Source of the DNA: Candidatus Komeilibacteria bacterium
Lineage (GTDB): Bacteria > Patescibacteriota > Patescibacteriia > UBA1558
Direction: 5' to 3'
NCBI GenBank assembly: GCA_048538275.1
Contig: JBLYPW010000003.1
Coordinates: 15,248 to 79,247 of the forward strand
DNA length: 64,000 bases
Part shown: in pieces, positions 1 through 8,949 of the stretch
Numbering within the stretch: position 1 is the first letter of the stretch
Layout of the letters: each line of letters begins with the position of its first letter
The notes under the pieces: model-generated
The model's database searches: none
Told to the model about the DNA's origin: nothing
Seen by the model: only the letters and a program-made list of their open reading frames with translations
Position numbers and translations under genes: made by a program

Positions 1-315
1 AAAACCACCCCAATAACATTCTTGATAATAATAATTATCATCGCTGATATGCTCATTTTGTTCACGCTTACCTTTGATTGTAATCATTTCATTGTTGATA
101 GAGATATCAATATCTTCCGGACGTACGCCAGCAATAGTAGATTTGATTACGATATTATCGCCTTCATCGTAAACATCCACTGACAATTGTCCCTCATAGT
201 CGTCTTCATTAATCCATTGATCGTCAGCGCCACTTTGATTATTGGTGGTTTGCAGAAAATCTTCTGTGTTGTCGTTGTCAACAGGATTAATTTTTTTCTT
301 GCCCAGTTTAAACAT
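1..315 (-). CDS. Hsp20/alpha-crystallin family small heat shock protein (partial, continues beyond window start)
   Basis: Reverse-strand translation from ATG at 315: MFKLGKKKINPVDNDN...QLSVDVYDEGDNIVIKSTIAGVRPEDIDISINNEMITIKGKREQNEHISDDNYYYQECYWGGF. This matches the alpha-crystallin domain pattern VDV(Y)E..D.(V)V.A.LPGV..EDI.V.VE...L.I.G.R......YYRRERSYGSF. It was not in the ORF track because it is truncated. Confidence 0.7.
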   Translation of the reverse strand, partial: MFKLGKKKINPVDNDNTEDFLQTTNNQSGADDQWINEDDYEGQLSVDVYDEGDNIVIKSTIAGVRPEDIDISINNEMITIKGKREQNEHISDDNYYYQECYWGGF

Positions 316-367
316 ATGTTTAGCTGCTTAGAGAATTAATTGAGCATTATTATTATAAAATAAAACA

Positions 368-393
368 CCCCGCCTGCGCAAGCCCTGGCGGGG
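368..393 (-). terminator. Rho-independent terminator hairpin downstream of the 409..2202 gene
   Basis: CCCCGCC-N12-GGCGGGG stem. On the minus strand it is followed by GTGTTTTATTTTATAAT (T-rich). Confidence 0.5.
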
Positions 394-408
394 CGTTATT
401 AATATTTT

Positions 409-2202
409 TTATAAATTGTTGCCATCGGGATAATGCCAATAAGTGGGGATAGTAAATATTCTATCCCAACGGAAACGATAAGCATTGAAAGCTGCTGGGC
501 TAGTAATCCAGTGTTTAGTGCTATCTCGTAATAGGTAAACCTTAGCGCTATCGGCATATTTTATGAGCGTGCCATCGGGATGAATGAAATTATCTTTATT
601 GTATACTTCGTCATTTTCGTATAAACGTAGATGTTGCGCTGATACATAGTCAATCTGGTTCCAGTGATAGCCGGCACGTAGAAAGGTATCGGCGTCAGCC
701 AAAGCATGTAAACTACGATTGTCTACAACATAGACGGTGCTATCATCTGAGCGCAATAAGCTGCCCGCAGGATAAAGCAAGGGGCCAGCATAATGATAGG
801 CATCTATAGTGTTTTGATTTACAATGCGAATATTAGACCAGGCAAAGTTCCAAGCGGCAAATATTCTATCATTACCTATTATATAGGCTTGGTTGTCATT
901 AATATAATAAACAGCTGGATTGTTGGGCAGTTTTAGAAGCTGGCGTATTGGATTATGATAGACGGTTGGTTCTTGACCGCCCCAAGCTTGTCCTTGACCA
1001 TCCACCATGATCAGACGATAATAATACGTATTTCCTGGCATGACAGTATTGTCAGTATACTGGTTTTTTGTCAGACGGTCGGCAATGACCTCTCCTTGAT
1101 CATAAGAAAAGTGTGAACGATAAAGAGTGTAAAATTGAAAATTATCAGGAATGCCAGCCGCCCAGCTCAAACTAACATTATTATCACCTGTTGGCTGAGC
1201 TTTGAGACTAGTGTATAAGGCAGCGCTCTTTATTTTTAGATTGGTCCAATATAAATCATGGCTGCCGTCACTCATTTCTTTTTGCCAAACAACAATATCA
1301 CCAGATAGCTGAGGTTGGTTGTCATTAGCTGAGTCTTTGGTTAGGGCTATAGAACTTTTAGTTTCAGTATTGTATAGGTAAATGTCAGAATTATTACTTC
1401 GCCAAGTTTGAAAAACCACATTGGATCCAAAAATATCGGCGTTGACATTGGCATAAGGCTGATTGTCTATGATTTGCAGTGAGCCGGAGATCAGATTTTT
1501 GATATAAATAGTGTCTTGGCTTTGCCAGGCTACTTGATCACCAGAGACGCTGGGGAAATAATGATCCCAACTATTGTCCGATAAATTAGTGATTTCTTTT
1601 GTATTAAAATTATAGGCATAAATATTATCGTATGACCCTCGATTGTCTTGCCAAACCACCCAGTTATCAGTGATGGCTTGATTAGTTTGTTGGCTATCAA
1701 AAGTTCCACCTACACCTGTAAGTTCTTGGGTGTCTAAATTATAAATCATAAGACTGGCATGCGGATTGGCAAAGAACCAGCGTATGAAAGTCACATACTG
1801 ATCATTAATACGAGGGTGAGTATCGTGATACCAGCTTTGCGGATAGGCAATGGGTCGGGTATCGCCGCTAGTCAGGTCATAATACATAATATTCTTTTTG
1901 CCATCTTCGGCTTTAACATAAGCTAGGCCGACATTGCTTAGATCTGGTTCAAACGAGCCTTCCTTTTGTTGGGCGATTAATTGCTTGGTGTCAGCGCTAA
2001 TATCATAAAGATATAATTCGTAGTTTTCTTTGTTTGTTTGCGTATAGGCGATGTAGTGACCAGCTATACTATATTCAATTTGGTCAGCCGTATCCCGGGT
2101 TAAATTTATTGTCGGATTATCGTTTATTGCCGGTAGACTTGCCCCTCCCGGTAAGGACAGGAGCAATAGTAAAAAAAAGCTGAAAATAAGTATTTTTTTC
2201 AT
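409..2202 (-). CDS. Secreted beta-propeller repeat protein (PD40/TolB-like repeats plus FN3-like segment), function unknown
   Basis: 597-aa ORF with an N-terminal signal peptide (MKKILIFSFFLLLLLSLPGGASLPA). It has repeated D.(Q)P.(L)SGD.VVWQ / ..IY.YN..T motifs typical of 6-bladed propellers. Confidence 0.6.
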   Translation of the reverse strand: MKKILIFSFFLLLLLSLPGGASLPAINDNPTINLTRDTADQIEYSIAGHYIAYTQTNKENYELYLYDISADTKQLIAQQKEGSFEPDLSNVGLAYVKAEDGKKNIMYYDLTSGDTRPIAYPQSWYHDTHPRINDQYVTFIRWFFANPHASLMIYNLDTQELTGVGGTFDSQQTNQAITDNWVVWQDNRGSYDNIYAYNFNTKEITNLSDNSWDHYFPSVSGDQVAWQSQDTIYIKNLISGSLQIIDNQPYANVNADIFGSNVVFQTWRSNNSDIYLYNTETKSSIALTKDSANDNQPQLSGDIVVWQKEMSDGSHDLYWTNLKIKSAALYTSLKAQPTGDNNVSLSWAAGIPDNFQFYTLYRSHFSYDQGEVIADRLTKNQYTDNTVMPGNTYYYRLIMVDGQGQAWGGQEPTVYHNPIRQLLKLPNNPAVYYINDNQAYIIGNDRIFAAWNFAWSNIRIVNQNTIDAYHYAGPLLYPAGSLLRSDDSTVYVVDNRSLHALADADTFLRAGYHWNQIDYVSAQHLRLYENDEVYNKDNFIHPDGTLIKYADSAKVYLLRDSTKHWITSPAAFNAYRFRWDRIFTIPTYWHYPDGNNL

Positions 2203-2264
2203 AAGATTTTTTGTATATTAGTGTTTGCTTTTTAGCACGATGGTTTTTTTTTGTCAATATAAAA

Positions 2265-2291
2265 AACCACCTCGCTTCCGGCGAGGTGGTT
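2265..2291 (-). terminator. Hairpin terminator (AACCACCTCGC / GCGAGGTGGTT) between minus-strand genes
   Basis: 11-bp stem. On the minus strand it is followed by TTTTTTATATTGAC. Confidence 0.4.
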
Positions 2292-2497
2292 TGGGCTATT
2301 ATTTATTTGTTTGCGTATTTATCACGATTTATAAATTGTTTCCAGCGGCGTAATAGGCTGTGCTGGCCCACTTGTTTGTTATTGGGTGTTCGTTTGCGTA
2401 GTTTATGGTTGGAATACAAAGGGACAGATATTCTTTCTTGGTTAGCTAGTTGATCAATGTTTTTAGGAGTGGCGTCTGTTATTTTGCTAGTTGGAGT

Positions 2498-2920
2498 TTA
2501 GTGAATGGTTTGTCTTTTTTCTCGGGCAATCATTAATTTATCAGTATCATAATTTTCATCCGCTGCTTCAAAATGAGCTGAAGCAATAGAGCCGTCATTG
2601 TCATCTAATCTATGTTCATCAACGGGTTGAATCTTCTCGCGATTATCATATTGCTTGCCTATCACTGAGAGATCTTCGGGTGTGTCAATTTCTTCTTCCT
2701 CGGTATCAGCATCACCTAAAGCTTCAATGTTGTAAGCCTCAATTTTTTTATTTTGTGGATCATTAGCTTTTATACGCTCCTCTTCTTCTTTCCACTCACC
2801 ACCATCTAGCCAGCCGTCGTGCTTTCTACCGGGTCGGTTACCGACGTCTTTGTTGCGAGCTTGGCGTTTTTCCTCTTCTTTATCTAGTTGGTTATTCATT
2901 GATGGTTGTTCAAAGCTCAT
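2498..2920 (-). CDS. Highly acidic, low-complexity hypothetical protein (stress-protein-like composition)
   Basis: 140-aa ORF rich in E/D/K (EEEKRQARNKD...TEEEEIDTPEDL), with no recognisable catalytic motif. Confidence 0.45.
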   Translation of the reverse strand: MSFEQPSMNNQLDKEEEKRQARNKDVGNRPGRKHDGWLDGGEWKEEEERIKANDPQNKKIEAYNIEALGDADTEEEEIDTPEDLSVIGKQYDNREKIQPVDEHRLDDNDGSIASAHFEAADENYDTDKLMIAREKRQTIH

Positions 2921-2977
2921 ATAATTTTTTTAGTAGATTATGATTAAATTATATAGTATTGATTAGTAGCTGACAAT

Positions 2978-3565
2978 TTATAGTAGTTTTAGGGTTTGAT
3001 TAGCATTGGCTATTTCTTTGTCTAAGTCTTTAACAATTGAATTGTTTAGGTATTTTTTTAGTACGGCCAATACTGATTTATAATACCACATTTGTTGGTC
3101 AGGAGTGCCGGCAAAGCGTTGCCAGATACTGGCTCCTTGTTGGCGGTAAGCATTTTGCAGGGAGCGTAGGTTATGAATTTTATCAGCGGCTGCGATCAAT
3201 AATGCGCCTGAGTCAGCTTGTTCTAGTCCGGCAATATATTTTTCTTTTCGTTGTTGCCAAACAGATTTACCATTGGTTGGTTTGGTTATGGATTTATCTT
3301 CGCTGACTTGTTTTACCAATTTGGCTATATTTGCGCCAAAGTCGTCAGCTAAATTATTAAAATTATAGCCGGCTACATCTTCTATAACATCATGTAGGAG
3401 GCCGGCGGCAATAATATTTTCATCATCGGTATGTTCGGCTAGCAACCAAGCTACGCTAAAGGGGTGGACTATATAAGGTAGGTTGTCGTCGCTTTTTCTT
3501 TCCTGGCCATTATGTAGCTTGCTGGCTATATTAATAGCTTTTTGTATGAGAGGGGTTAGTTTCAT
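2978..3565 (-). CDS. HD-domain phosphohydrolase, RelA/SpoT-type (p)ppGpp hydrolase-like (small alarmone hydrolase)
   Basis: The HD motif context IVHPFSVAWLLAEH ... LLHDVIEDV matches the SpoT/Mesh1 hydrolase signature (H..HD..ED). It is about 195 aa with no synthetase domain. Confidence 0.55.
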   Translation of the reverse strand: MKLTPLIQKAINIASKLHNGQERKSDDNLPYIVHPFSVAWLLAEHTDDENIIAAGLLHDVIEDVAGYNFNNLADDFGANIAKLVKQVSEDKSITKPTNGKSVWQQRKEKYIAGLEQADSGALLIAAADKIHNLRSLQNAYRQQGASIWQRFAGTPDQQMWYYKSVLAVLKKYLNNSIVKDLDKEIANANQTLKLL

Positions 3566-3830
3566 TTTTTTGAGCTAGATTTAGATTTTATTATAGAGGA
3601 AAATTGATTTGAGAGCAAAATAAATTACTTCTGTTCTTGGCATAGCGGTTAACTTTTATTTATTTTGTAAATAATTATTGTCTAGAATAAAAAAACAGAT
3701 TTTCACTTGGCTAAGTCTTGCTAAATGCAGGACGTAGTAAGTGTGAACCTGAGATATGTAGACACTATGAGTTAAGCGGAATGACTTTGGCTTGACCGAA
3801 GACATGGAGCGGCGAAGAGTGACTAGGACG

Positions 3831-3905
3831 TGGTACCGCCTAGGGGAATCGAACCCCTGTTGCCAGGATGAAAACCTGATGTCCTAACCACTAGACGAAG
3901 GCGGC
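3831..3905 (-). tRNA. tRNA-Glu (anticodon UUC)
   Basis: Minus-strand read GCCGCCTTCGTCTAGTGGTTAGGACATCAGGTTTTCATCCTGGCAACAGGGGTTCGATTCCCCTAGGCGGTACCA. It shows a cloverleaf with a G1-U72 acceptor, the D-loop AGTGGTTAGG, anticodon loop TTTTCAT (U33, UUC, A37), a GGGGTTCGATTCCCC T-arm and an encoded CCA. Confidence 0.85.
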
Positions 3906-4046
3906 ACAAAACTGTATTAACTTTGATAATACTATACAATTTTTGGGATTTTGTCAAGGTTTATTAAAAAATCCCCGATATAATATCAGGGATTTTTTAG
4001 TTGTTTTTGCCTGTCAAAAACTTGCGAGGGCCATTGGCAAGCAAAA

Positions 4047-5357
4047 TCAATGAACGGTGGTAGACCATCGGGGAATGTGTAAGTGTTGGCGTTTGTTTTC
4101 ACCGGGTAACAATTTGTCCCAACGTTTTGTTACTTTGTCACGATTGCCACGTGCGCCATTATTTACTAGTAAGCTGGTTAGAGGGTGAATGGTGTGTTTG
4201 CCCCAGCGGTGATTAATGATATCTATGCTATTAGTCAGTCTGGCTGTTTTAGCAGTAATCTGTGGGTCAATAAATAAATTCATTTGTTTGTTGTTTTGGC
4301 TAGATAATTTTTCTAGCACAATGCCGGTGGCGCGATAGGAGGTGTGCGGCTGATAAATTTCTGAAAAATGCCGGCGCAATAAAGGAAGAATAGGAAGTTC
4401 GCTGTTTACCGATTGGTCTAATTTTATAGTCAAACCATGATAAGCAAAATTTTGTGTTTTTAAATAAAAGCTGATTTGACTGACGGTGAGGTGGTGGCGA
4501 CGCAGTTTATCGGTAGCTGATTCTAAGTTGCGTACTAATTGTGCTAGTAGCCAGTTGGCGTCTTGGCGAGGAGGGGTGAAGGTTTTGGTTTTGCTGATGG
4601 ATTGTTGGGCGGCTGGATGAGGGTTGATGGTATAAACCATTTGACCACGCAGCTCGTGCCAGATCTCTTGCCCAGGTTTGGTTAATTTTTGTTTAACCCA
4701 GTTCTCTGGACGGCTAGCAAAATCATAAGCGGTACGCAATCCTTGGTGTTGTAGATAAGCGGTGGTCTGTAGGCCAAAGCCCCAAATATCAGCTAAAGGG
4801 ATATTTTTTAAAAGAGCGTTAATTTGTTTACCTGGTATCATGGTTAAACCATTGGGTTTGCCTTGTTTGGCGGCCAACTTAGCTAAACTTTTATTGAGGC
4901 TTACTCCTACTGATATAGTAATGCCCAGTTCTTGATTGACGGTTTTACGAATATTGTCAGCGATATTTTTGTAGCTACTATTGAGAGGGCGTTGCAAGCC
5001 AGTGATATCAGCCCAGGCCTCGTCAATAGAATATTCTTCCACACTTTCGGTAAAACGCCGAACAATACTAAACATGCGTTGGGAAAAAATACTATAACTT
5101 TCATAGTCACTGGTGACAATTGCTATTTGTGGCCAGCGTTGTTTTACTTGATAAAGCGGCATGCCACGGGTGACACCCAGAGCTTTAGCTTCATAGCTGG
5201 CAGCGGAAACAATGCCGCGTTCAGCGCCGGTGACAATGGGCTGATTACGCAATTGTGGTTGTAAAGCCTGTTCGCAACTAGCAAAGAAAGCGTCAGCGTC
5301 CAAATGTAATATGGCACGCGGCCAGTCTTGGATTGTAAATAATTTTCCCTCCTGCAT
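4047..5357 (-). CDS. dinB: Y-family DNA polymerase IV (DinB/UmuC family)
   Basis: The N-terminal catalytic motifs LHLDADAFFASCEQ and SIDEAWADITG are DinB-typical. It is about 436 aa with a little-finger region, and lies 37 nt downstream of lexA. Confidence 0.85.
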   Translation of the reverse strand: MQEGKLFTIQDWPRAILHLDADAFFASCEQALQPQLRNQPIVTGAERGIVSAASYEAKALGVTRGMPLYQVKQRWPQIAIVTSDYESYSIFSQRMFSIVRRFTESVEEYSIDEAWADITGLQRPLNSSYKNIADNIRKTVNQELGITISVGVSLNKSLAKLAAKQGKPNGLTMIPGKQINALLKNIPLADIWGFGLQTTAYLQHQGLRTAYDFASRPENWVKQKLTKPGQEIWHELRGQMVYTINPHPAAQQSISKTKTFTPPRQDANWLLAQLVRNLESATDKLRRHHLTVSQISFYLKTQNFAYHGLTIKLDQSVNSELPILPLLRRHFSEIYQPHTSYRATGIVLEKLSSQNNKQMNLFIDPQITAKTARLTNSIDIINHRWGKHTIHPLTSLLVNNGARGNRDKVTKRWDKLLPGENKRQHLHIPRWSTTVH

Positions 5358-5394
5358 ATTGATATTCCCTTTTTATTAAAATACAAATGAGCTG

Positions 5395-5973
5395 TTATTT
5401 ATACTTTCTTATCGCAGCTACGATCACGCCGCCGATTTCTAATTCGTCTTGCGGTATCAATTGCGGATAATTGTCATTGGCAGCTTGTAAAAAAGTCTTT
5501 TTTCCTTGGTGACGTAAGTATTTTAAAGTCCAGTCACCGTCAATCTTGGCCAGGACAATATCATTGTCATGCGCTTGACGTTTACGATCCACCACTACCA
5601 AATCGTGCGGATGAAGACCGGCATCAAGCATGGATTCGCCGCTTACTTCTACCAAGAAACTAGCGGTAGGATTGTCTATCAAGTATTCATCCAATGTTAA
5701 AGTATCTATCAATTCTTCTTCTGCCGGAGAGGGAAAGCCGGCTTGCACACTACCTAACCAAGGTAGGGCAGAGAATAGCTTGCCAGGAATTAAACGTCCG
5801 GTCTTGTCTTGATCCACGATTTGTTCTTCTCGTAGGCGCTTAATTAATTTACTGGCGGCATTTTTAGAAGCATAGCCACAAAGTTTAGCTAGTTCAGCAA
5901 AAGAGGGTAGGCGCTTATTTTGGCGCCAGAAGCGGTGTAGCTGATCAGTTGTTTTTTTTATACTTTCGTCCAT
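5395..5973 (-). CDS. lexA: LexA repressor (S24 peptidase with N-terminal HTH); the track ORF extends to 6042, but the start at 5973 is preferred
   Basis: The HTH is LPSFAELAKLCGYASKNAASKLIKRL, the Ala-Gly cleavage site is QAGF, the serine motif is VSGESM, and the catalytic Lys is in DWTLKYL. The long ORF would place the SOS box inside the coding region, whereas the start at MDESIKK puts the box 15 nt upstream. Confidence 0.8.
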   Translation of the reverse strand: MDESIKKTTDQLHRFWRQNKRLPSFAELAKLCGYASKNAASKLIKRLREEQIVDQDKTGRLIPGKLFSALPWLGSVQAGFPSPAEEELIDTLTLDEYLIDNPTASFLVEVSGESMLDAGLHPHDLVVVDRKRQAHDNDIVLAKIDGDWTLKYLRHQGKKTFLQAANDNYPQLIPQDELEIGGVIVAAIRKYK

Positions 5974-5987
5974 ATAAACATTATAGG

Positions 5988-6001
5988 TGAACGTTCGTTC
6001 A
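5988..6001. promoter_or_regulatory. LexA operator (Cheo-box-like palindrome TGAACGTTCGTTCA, GAAC-N4-GTTC)
   Basis: A perfect GAAC-N4-GTTC palindrome lies immediately upstream of the preferred lexA start. It matches the Gram-positive SOS box consensus CGAACRNRYGTTCG. Confidence 0.55.
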
Positions 6002-6084
6002 CTTGTCAAGGAAATGATTGTGGACAAGTTTGGCTGTAACACAATTCTTTTTTATCCGTCTAAATAAGTAGAGAGGAAAAAAAT

Positions 6085-6261
6085 ATGAATAATGCAAAAG
6101 ACAATCAGATAAAGAATCAACAGCATCCAAAAGCTATGATTAATCGCGGCTGGGTATCTTATGATGCCAAGTCTTTTTTGGTGGACACTGAGAAGCAGTG
6201 GACCCAGGCGGTTTATCATGCGGTTGCTGATTATAGCGGATTGCAATTGGATAGCAATTAA
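6085..6261 (+). CDS. Small hypothetical protein (58 aa)
   Basis: ATG is preceded by GAGAGGAAAAAAAT (a good SD). The product is MNNAKDNQIKNQQHPKAMINRGWVSYDAKSFLVDTEKQWTQAVYHAVADYSGLQLDSN. A hairpin at 6289-6316 follows it. The minus-strand track ORF 6052..6246 is its antisense shadow. Confidence 0.35.
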   Translation: MNNAKDNQIKNQQHPKAMINRGWVSYDAKSFLVDTEKQWTQAVYHAVADYSGLQLDSN

Positions 6262-6288
6262 TTATTCGTAAATAATTTAGATAAACAT

Positions 6289-6316
6289 AACCCCTGGGAT
6301 TACCACTCAGGGGTTC
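6289..6316 (+). terminator. Hairpin AACCCCTG-N11-CAGGGGTT followed by a T-rich tract
   Basis: 8-bp GC-rich stem, then CTTTGTACCTTGTT. Confidence 0.4.
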
Positions 6317-6357
6317 TTTGTACCTTGTTAACTTAAAATCAAAGAAAGGAGGGCGTC

Positions 6358-7554
6358 ATGGCCAAGCGAATATTGATGACTTATTTAGTCTTGACGTGGT
6401 TAGGTTCTATGTTGGTCACTTTACACGCACCGATTTATGTCATGTTTTTATTGCAAACGTTAAATTATTGGCAAGTTGGTTTGGTAAATACTGTCTTCAT
6501 GGTTGGCGTTGTACTGTGGGAAATTCCGACTGGTGCGGTAGCTGATCGTTGGGGACGGAAGTTGTCCTATGTATTGTCACATGTAGTTGTCGGCGGTGGA
6601 TTTCTTATCTACTATTGTGCGGGGGATTGGTTGGGCTATATGTTAGCTGAAGCTGTAATCGCTATTGGCGTCACTCTAGCCTCAGGTTCTTTTCGGGCCT
6701 GGGTGGTGGATAGTTTGGCAGCTCATGGTTGGACCGGGCAATTAAGCTATTTATTTCGTTGGGAAGGACGGGTGATGAAAACTGCTAGTATTGTTGGTGG
6801 TTTAATGGGCGCTTGGTTGGGCGCACGTGATTTGTCCTTGCCCTTTATAGTCTCCGGTATCGGTTTTATAATATTGGCGATTTTTTCATGGTTGGCTATT
6901 GTAGAAGATAGGTTGGTTATAGTAGATGACGCAACACAACAGTTGAGTTGGCGACAATTAATGGTGCATGGTATTGGTATTAGTTGGCAACGACCAGTAG
7001 TGAAGATTATAGTTTTGGTAAGCTTTGTCTTTGGACTGGCCTTCCAACCGCTTAATATGTACTGGCAGCCTTGGTTCCAAGCTCATCAGTTGACCACGCA
7101 GGACTTCGGTTTGATTTGGACAGGTATTGTAATATTCTCATTAGCTGGTAACGAATTGGTGGATTGGTTTAGTCGGCTACATTCCCAACATAGTCGCGTT
7201 TACAGCTATTTGTCGGTGTTTATAGGAGTGGTGATCATTTTTACGGTAGCGGCCGGGCATTGGTATTGGACATTAGTTTGGTTTTTAATACACGAAATCG
7301 GTCGGGGCATGATTCAGCCCTTGCAAAATAGCTGGCTACAAGCAGAGCTTACTAGTCAAACAAGAGCAACGGTTGATTCTTTTGTTTCCATGATCGGTAA
7401 AGCCGGCGCCGCTATCGGTCTGGTCGGATTTGGTTGGTTGACCGAGTTTGCTGGCATTGGCTGGTCTTGGTCATTAGCGGCGGTATTATTAATAATAATT
7501 TTGCCCACGCTATTATGGTTGTGGCAGCAAAATCAACAAAAACCGTCCCTTTAA
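6358..7554 (+). CDS. MFS-type membrane transporter
   Basis: 398 aa with about 12 predicted TM helices. The MFS-like loop GAVADRWGRK (G-x-x-x-D-R-x-G-R-K/R) lies between TM2 and TM3. The RBS is AAAGGAGGG. Confidence 0.6.
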   Translation: MAKRILMTYLVLTWLGSMLVTLHAPIYVMFLLQTLNYWQVGLVNTVFMVGVVLWEIPTGAVADRWGRKLSYVLSHVVVGGGFLIYYCAGDWLGYMLAEAVIAIGVTLASGSFRAWVVDSLAAHGWTGQLSYLFRWEGRVMKTASIVGGLMGAWLGARDLSLPFIVSGIGFIILAIFSWLAIVEDRLVIVDDATQQLSWRQLMVHGIGISWQRPVVKIIVLVSFVFGLAFQPLNMYWQPWFQAHQLTTQDFGLIWTGIVIFSLAGNELVDWFSRLHSQHSRVYSYLSVFIGVVIIFTVAAGHWYWTLVWFLIHEIGRGMIQPLQNSWLQAELTSQTRATVDSFVSMIGKAGAAIGLVGFGWLTEFAGIGWSWSLAAVLLIIILPTLLWLWQQNQQKPSL

Positions 7555-7595
7555 AAGGGGCGGTTTTGCCTTATAGCACTGATGTCATTTAAATA

Positions 7596-8384
7596 TTATT
7601 TCCAAGGATTTTCCACTGCGTCAGCAAAGCCAAATATTGTTTCAAATAGAACATTTATCATATTAACGATGTTTTTGTGTTGTATTATAACAACTAAAGA
7701 ATTGTCTGGGGTTAAGAAAGCAACCTTAGAGTTGTAGAGAAGAATGAGGTTGTCAACAGGCAGTTGATTTTCTTTTAACAATCTCATATTCCACATCCTA
7801 TCGGAAAATTTTTTGTAGCTGGAGTGGGACATTTGCTTTCTAACAGTATTTATAAGTTCATTTGTAAATAAAGCTTTGGTAATAATTCTTTTTTGTATTA
7901 TTTTTTTAAAAAAAGATTCCCACTGTTCATCAGTCAATAAGGATAATTCTGCTTCCCCAGATTTATTATTTTCCAGTACTTTAAACTCAGCACCTTGTGG
8001 CATATTAGATATTTCTTCATAGACTTGTTTAAAACCCAGAGCTGATTCGTAAATTTCTATTTGCGGCAATGTATTTTCAGTACTGGTCAGAGCGTTTAAC
8101 TGGGGGATTAGATTTTTAAATATATTAACATTCGTTTGTAATGTTTTAACAAGGTGAGAAGGCGGCGTGGGCGTAATTAATATTTTGGTTCCTTTTTTTG
8201 ATTCTTGTAGGACGTTTTTGTTAATTAAATTTTTTATATGAAAATAGGCATTAGTGCGACTAAGCTTAGCCTTATGAGCTATTTGACTAATAGGAGATTT
8301 GCCCAATTCTAAGGCAGCGAGATATATCTTAACTTCTTGATCGGTAAAGGAAAATTTTTGCAGTATTTGGGTTATTCCATCCAT
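7596..8384 (-). CDS. TrmB-family transcriptional regulator (N-terminal wHTH)
   Basis: The N-terminus FTDQEVKIYLAALELGKSPISQIAHKAKLSRTNAYFHIKNLINKNVL resembles the TrmB HTH. The protein is 262 aa. Confidence 0.5.
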   Translation of the reverse strand: MDGITQILQKFSFTDQEVKIYLAALELGKSPISQIAHKAKLSRTNAYFHIKNLINKNVLQESKKGTKILITPTPPSHLVKTLQTNVNIFKNLIPQLNALTSTENTLPQIEIYESALGFKQVYEEISNMPQGAEFKVLENNKSGEAELSLLTDEQWESFFKKIIQKRIITKALFTNELINTVRKQMSHSSYKKFSDRMWNMRLLKENQLPVDNLILLYNSKVAFLTPDNSLVVIIQHKNIVNMINVLFETIFGFADAVENPWK

Positions 8385-8527
8385 ATTAATAAGGTATTGT
8401 ATTGTTTATGTAGTATATAATATAGAAAACTATATTATTTGTCAAATAATTTTTTCAACAGTATATATTGATAAAATGCTGTAAATAGCCTATTATTGAC
8501 ATTTTATATCAGCATTATAAAAAAGAA

Positions 8528-8556
8528 TTGACAGTTTATTCAGTTTAGGTTATACT
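8528..8556 (+). promoter_or_regulatory. Sigma70-like promoter: TTGACA-N17-TATACT
   Basis: A near-consensus -35/-10 pair with 17-bp spacing lies about 75 nt upstream of the 8631 ORF. Confidence 0.4.
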
Positions 8557-8630
8557 GTTTTATTAACCTAAAGGTGGGTTAAGGAATATTGAAAACTTAA
8601 TAAAGGTAAACACCTCAAGAGGAGAGAAAA

Positions 8631-8930
8631 ATGAGTAAAAATTTTAAGAGAGATGATATGGGGAACTGGTCGGGTGATTTAACGGTAAAGAAAAAGGTGA
8701 TGAGTATGAGAGTAATTTTTTTTGGGTTGGTCTATGGATTCAGCGCTACGTTTTATGGCGCAATTGTGCTATATAGAGTAGTTATAAACGAGGCGCCCCG
8801 CGGCGATTTTGTACTTGCTGGAATCACGATGCTTATGGGTCTCTCAGTTCTGGTTTGGAGCATTTTTCAGACCTTTAAGAGCTATTTCAGCTCAAAAGTT
8901 GATTTATATCAACGGATTACCTGGAAATAA
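8631..8930 (+). CDS. Small membrane protein, hypothetical
   Basis: 99 aa with two hydrophobic helices and the RBS GAGGAGAG. Confidence 0.5.
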   Translation: MSKNFKRDDMGNWSGDLTVKKKVMSMRVIFFGLVYGFSATFYGAIVLYRVVINEAPRGDFVLAGITMLMGLSVLVWSIFQTFKSYFSSKVDLYQRITWK

Positions 8931-8949
8931 ATAATTATTTTCTGGGATT

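Noticed and set aside
2211-2453. 80-aa plus-strand ORF from the track
   Set aside because: It runs through a terminator hairpin (2265-2291), has a hydrophobic junk-like sequence and no RBS. It lies antisense to the open minus-strand frame, so it is most likely spurious.
3037-3306. 89-aa plus-strand ORF inside the HD-domain gene
   Set aside because: Antisense shadow ORF within a well-supported minus-strand CDS.
6052-6545. Track ORFs 6052..6246 (-) and 6318..6545 (+)
   Set aside because: The first is the antisense of a better-supported 58-aa plus-strand ORF with SD and terminator. The second is out of frame with, and overlaps, the MFS gene start that has a strong RBS.
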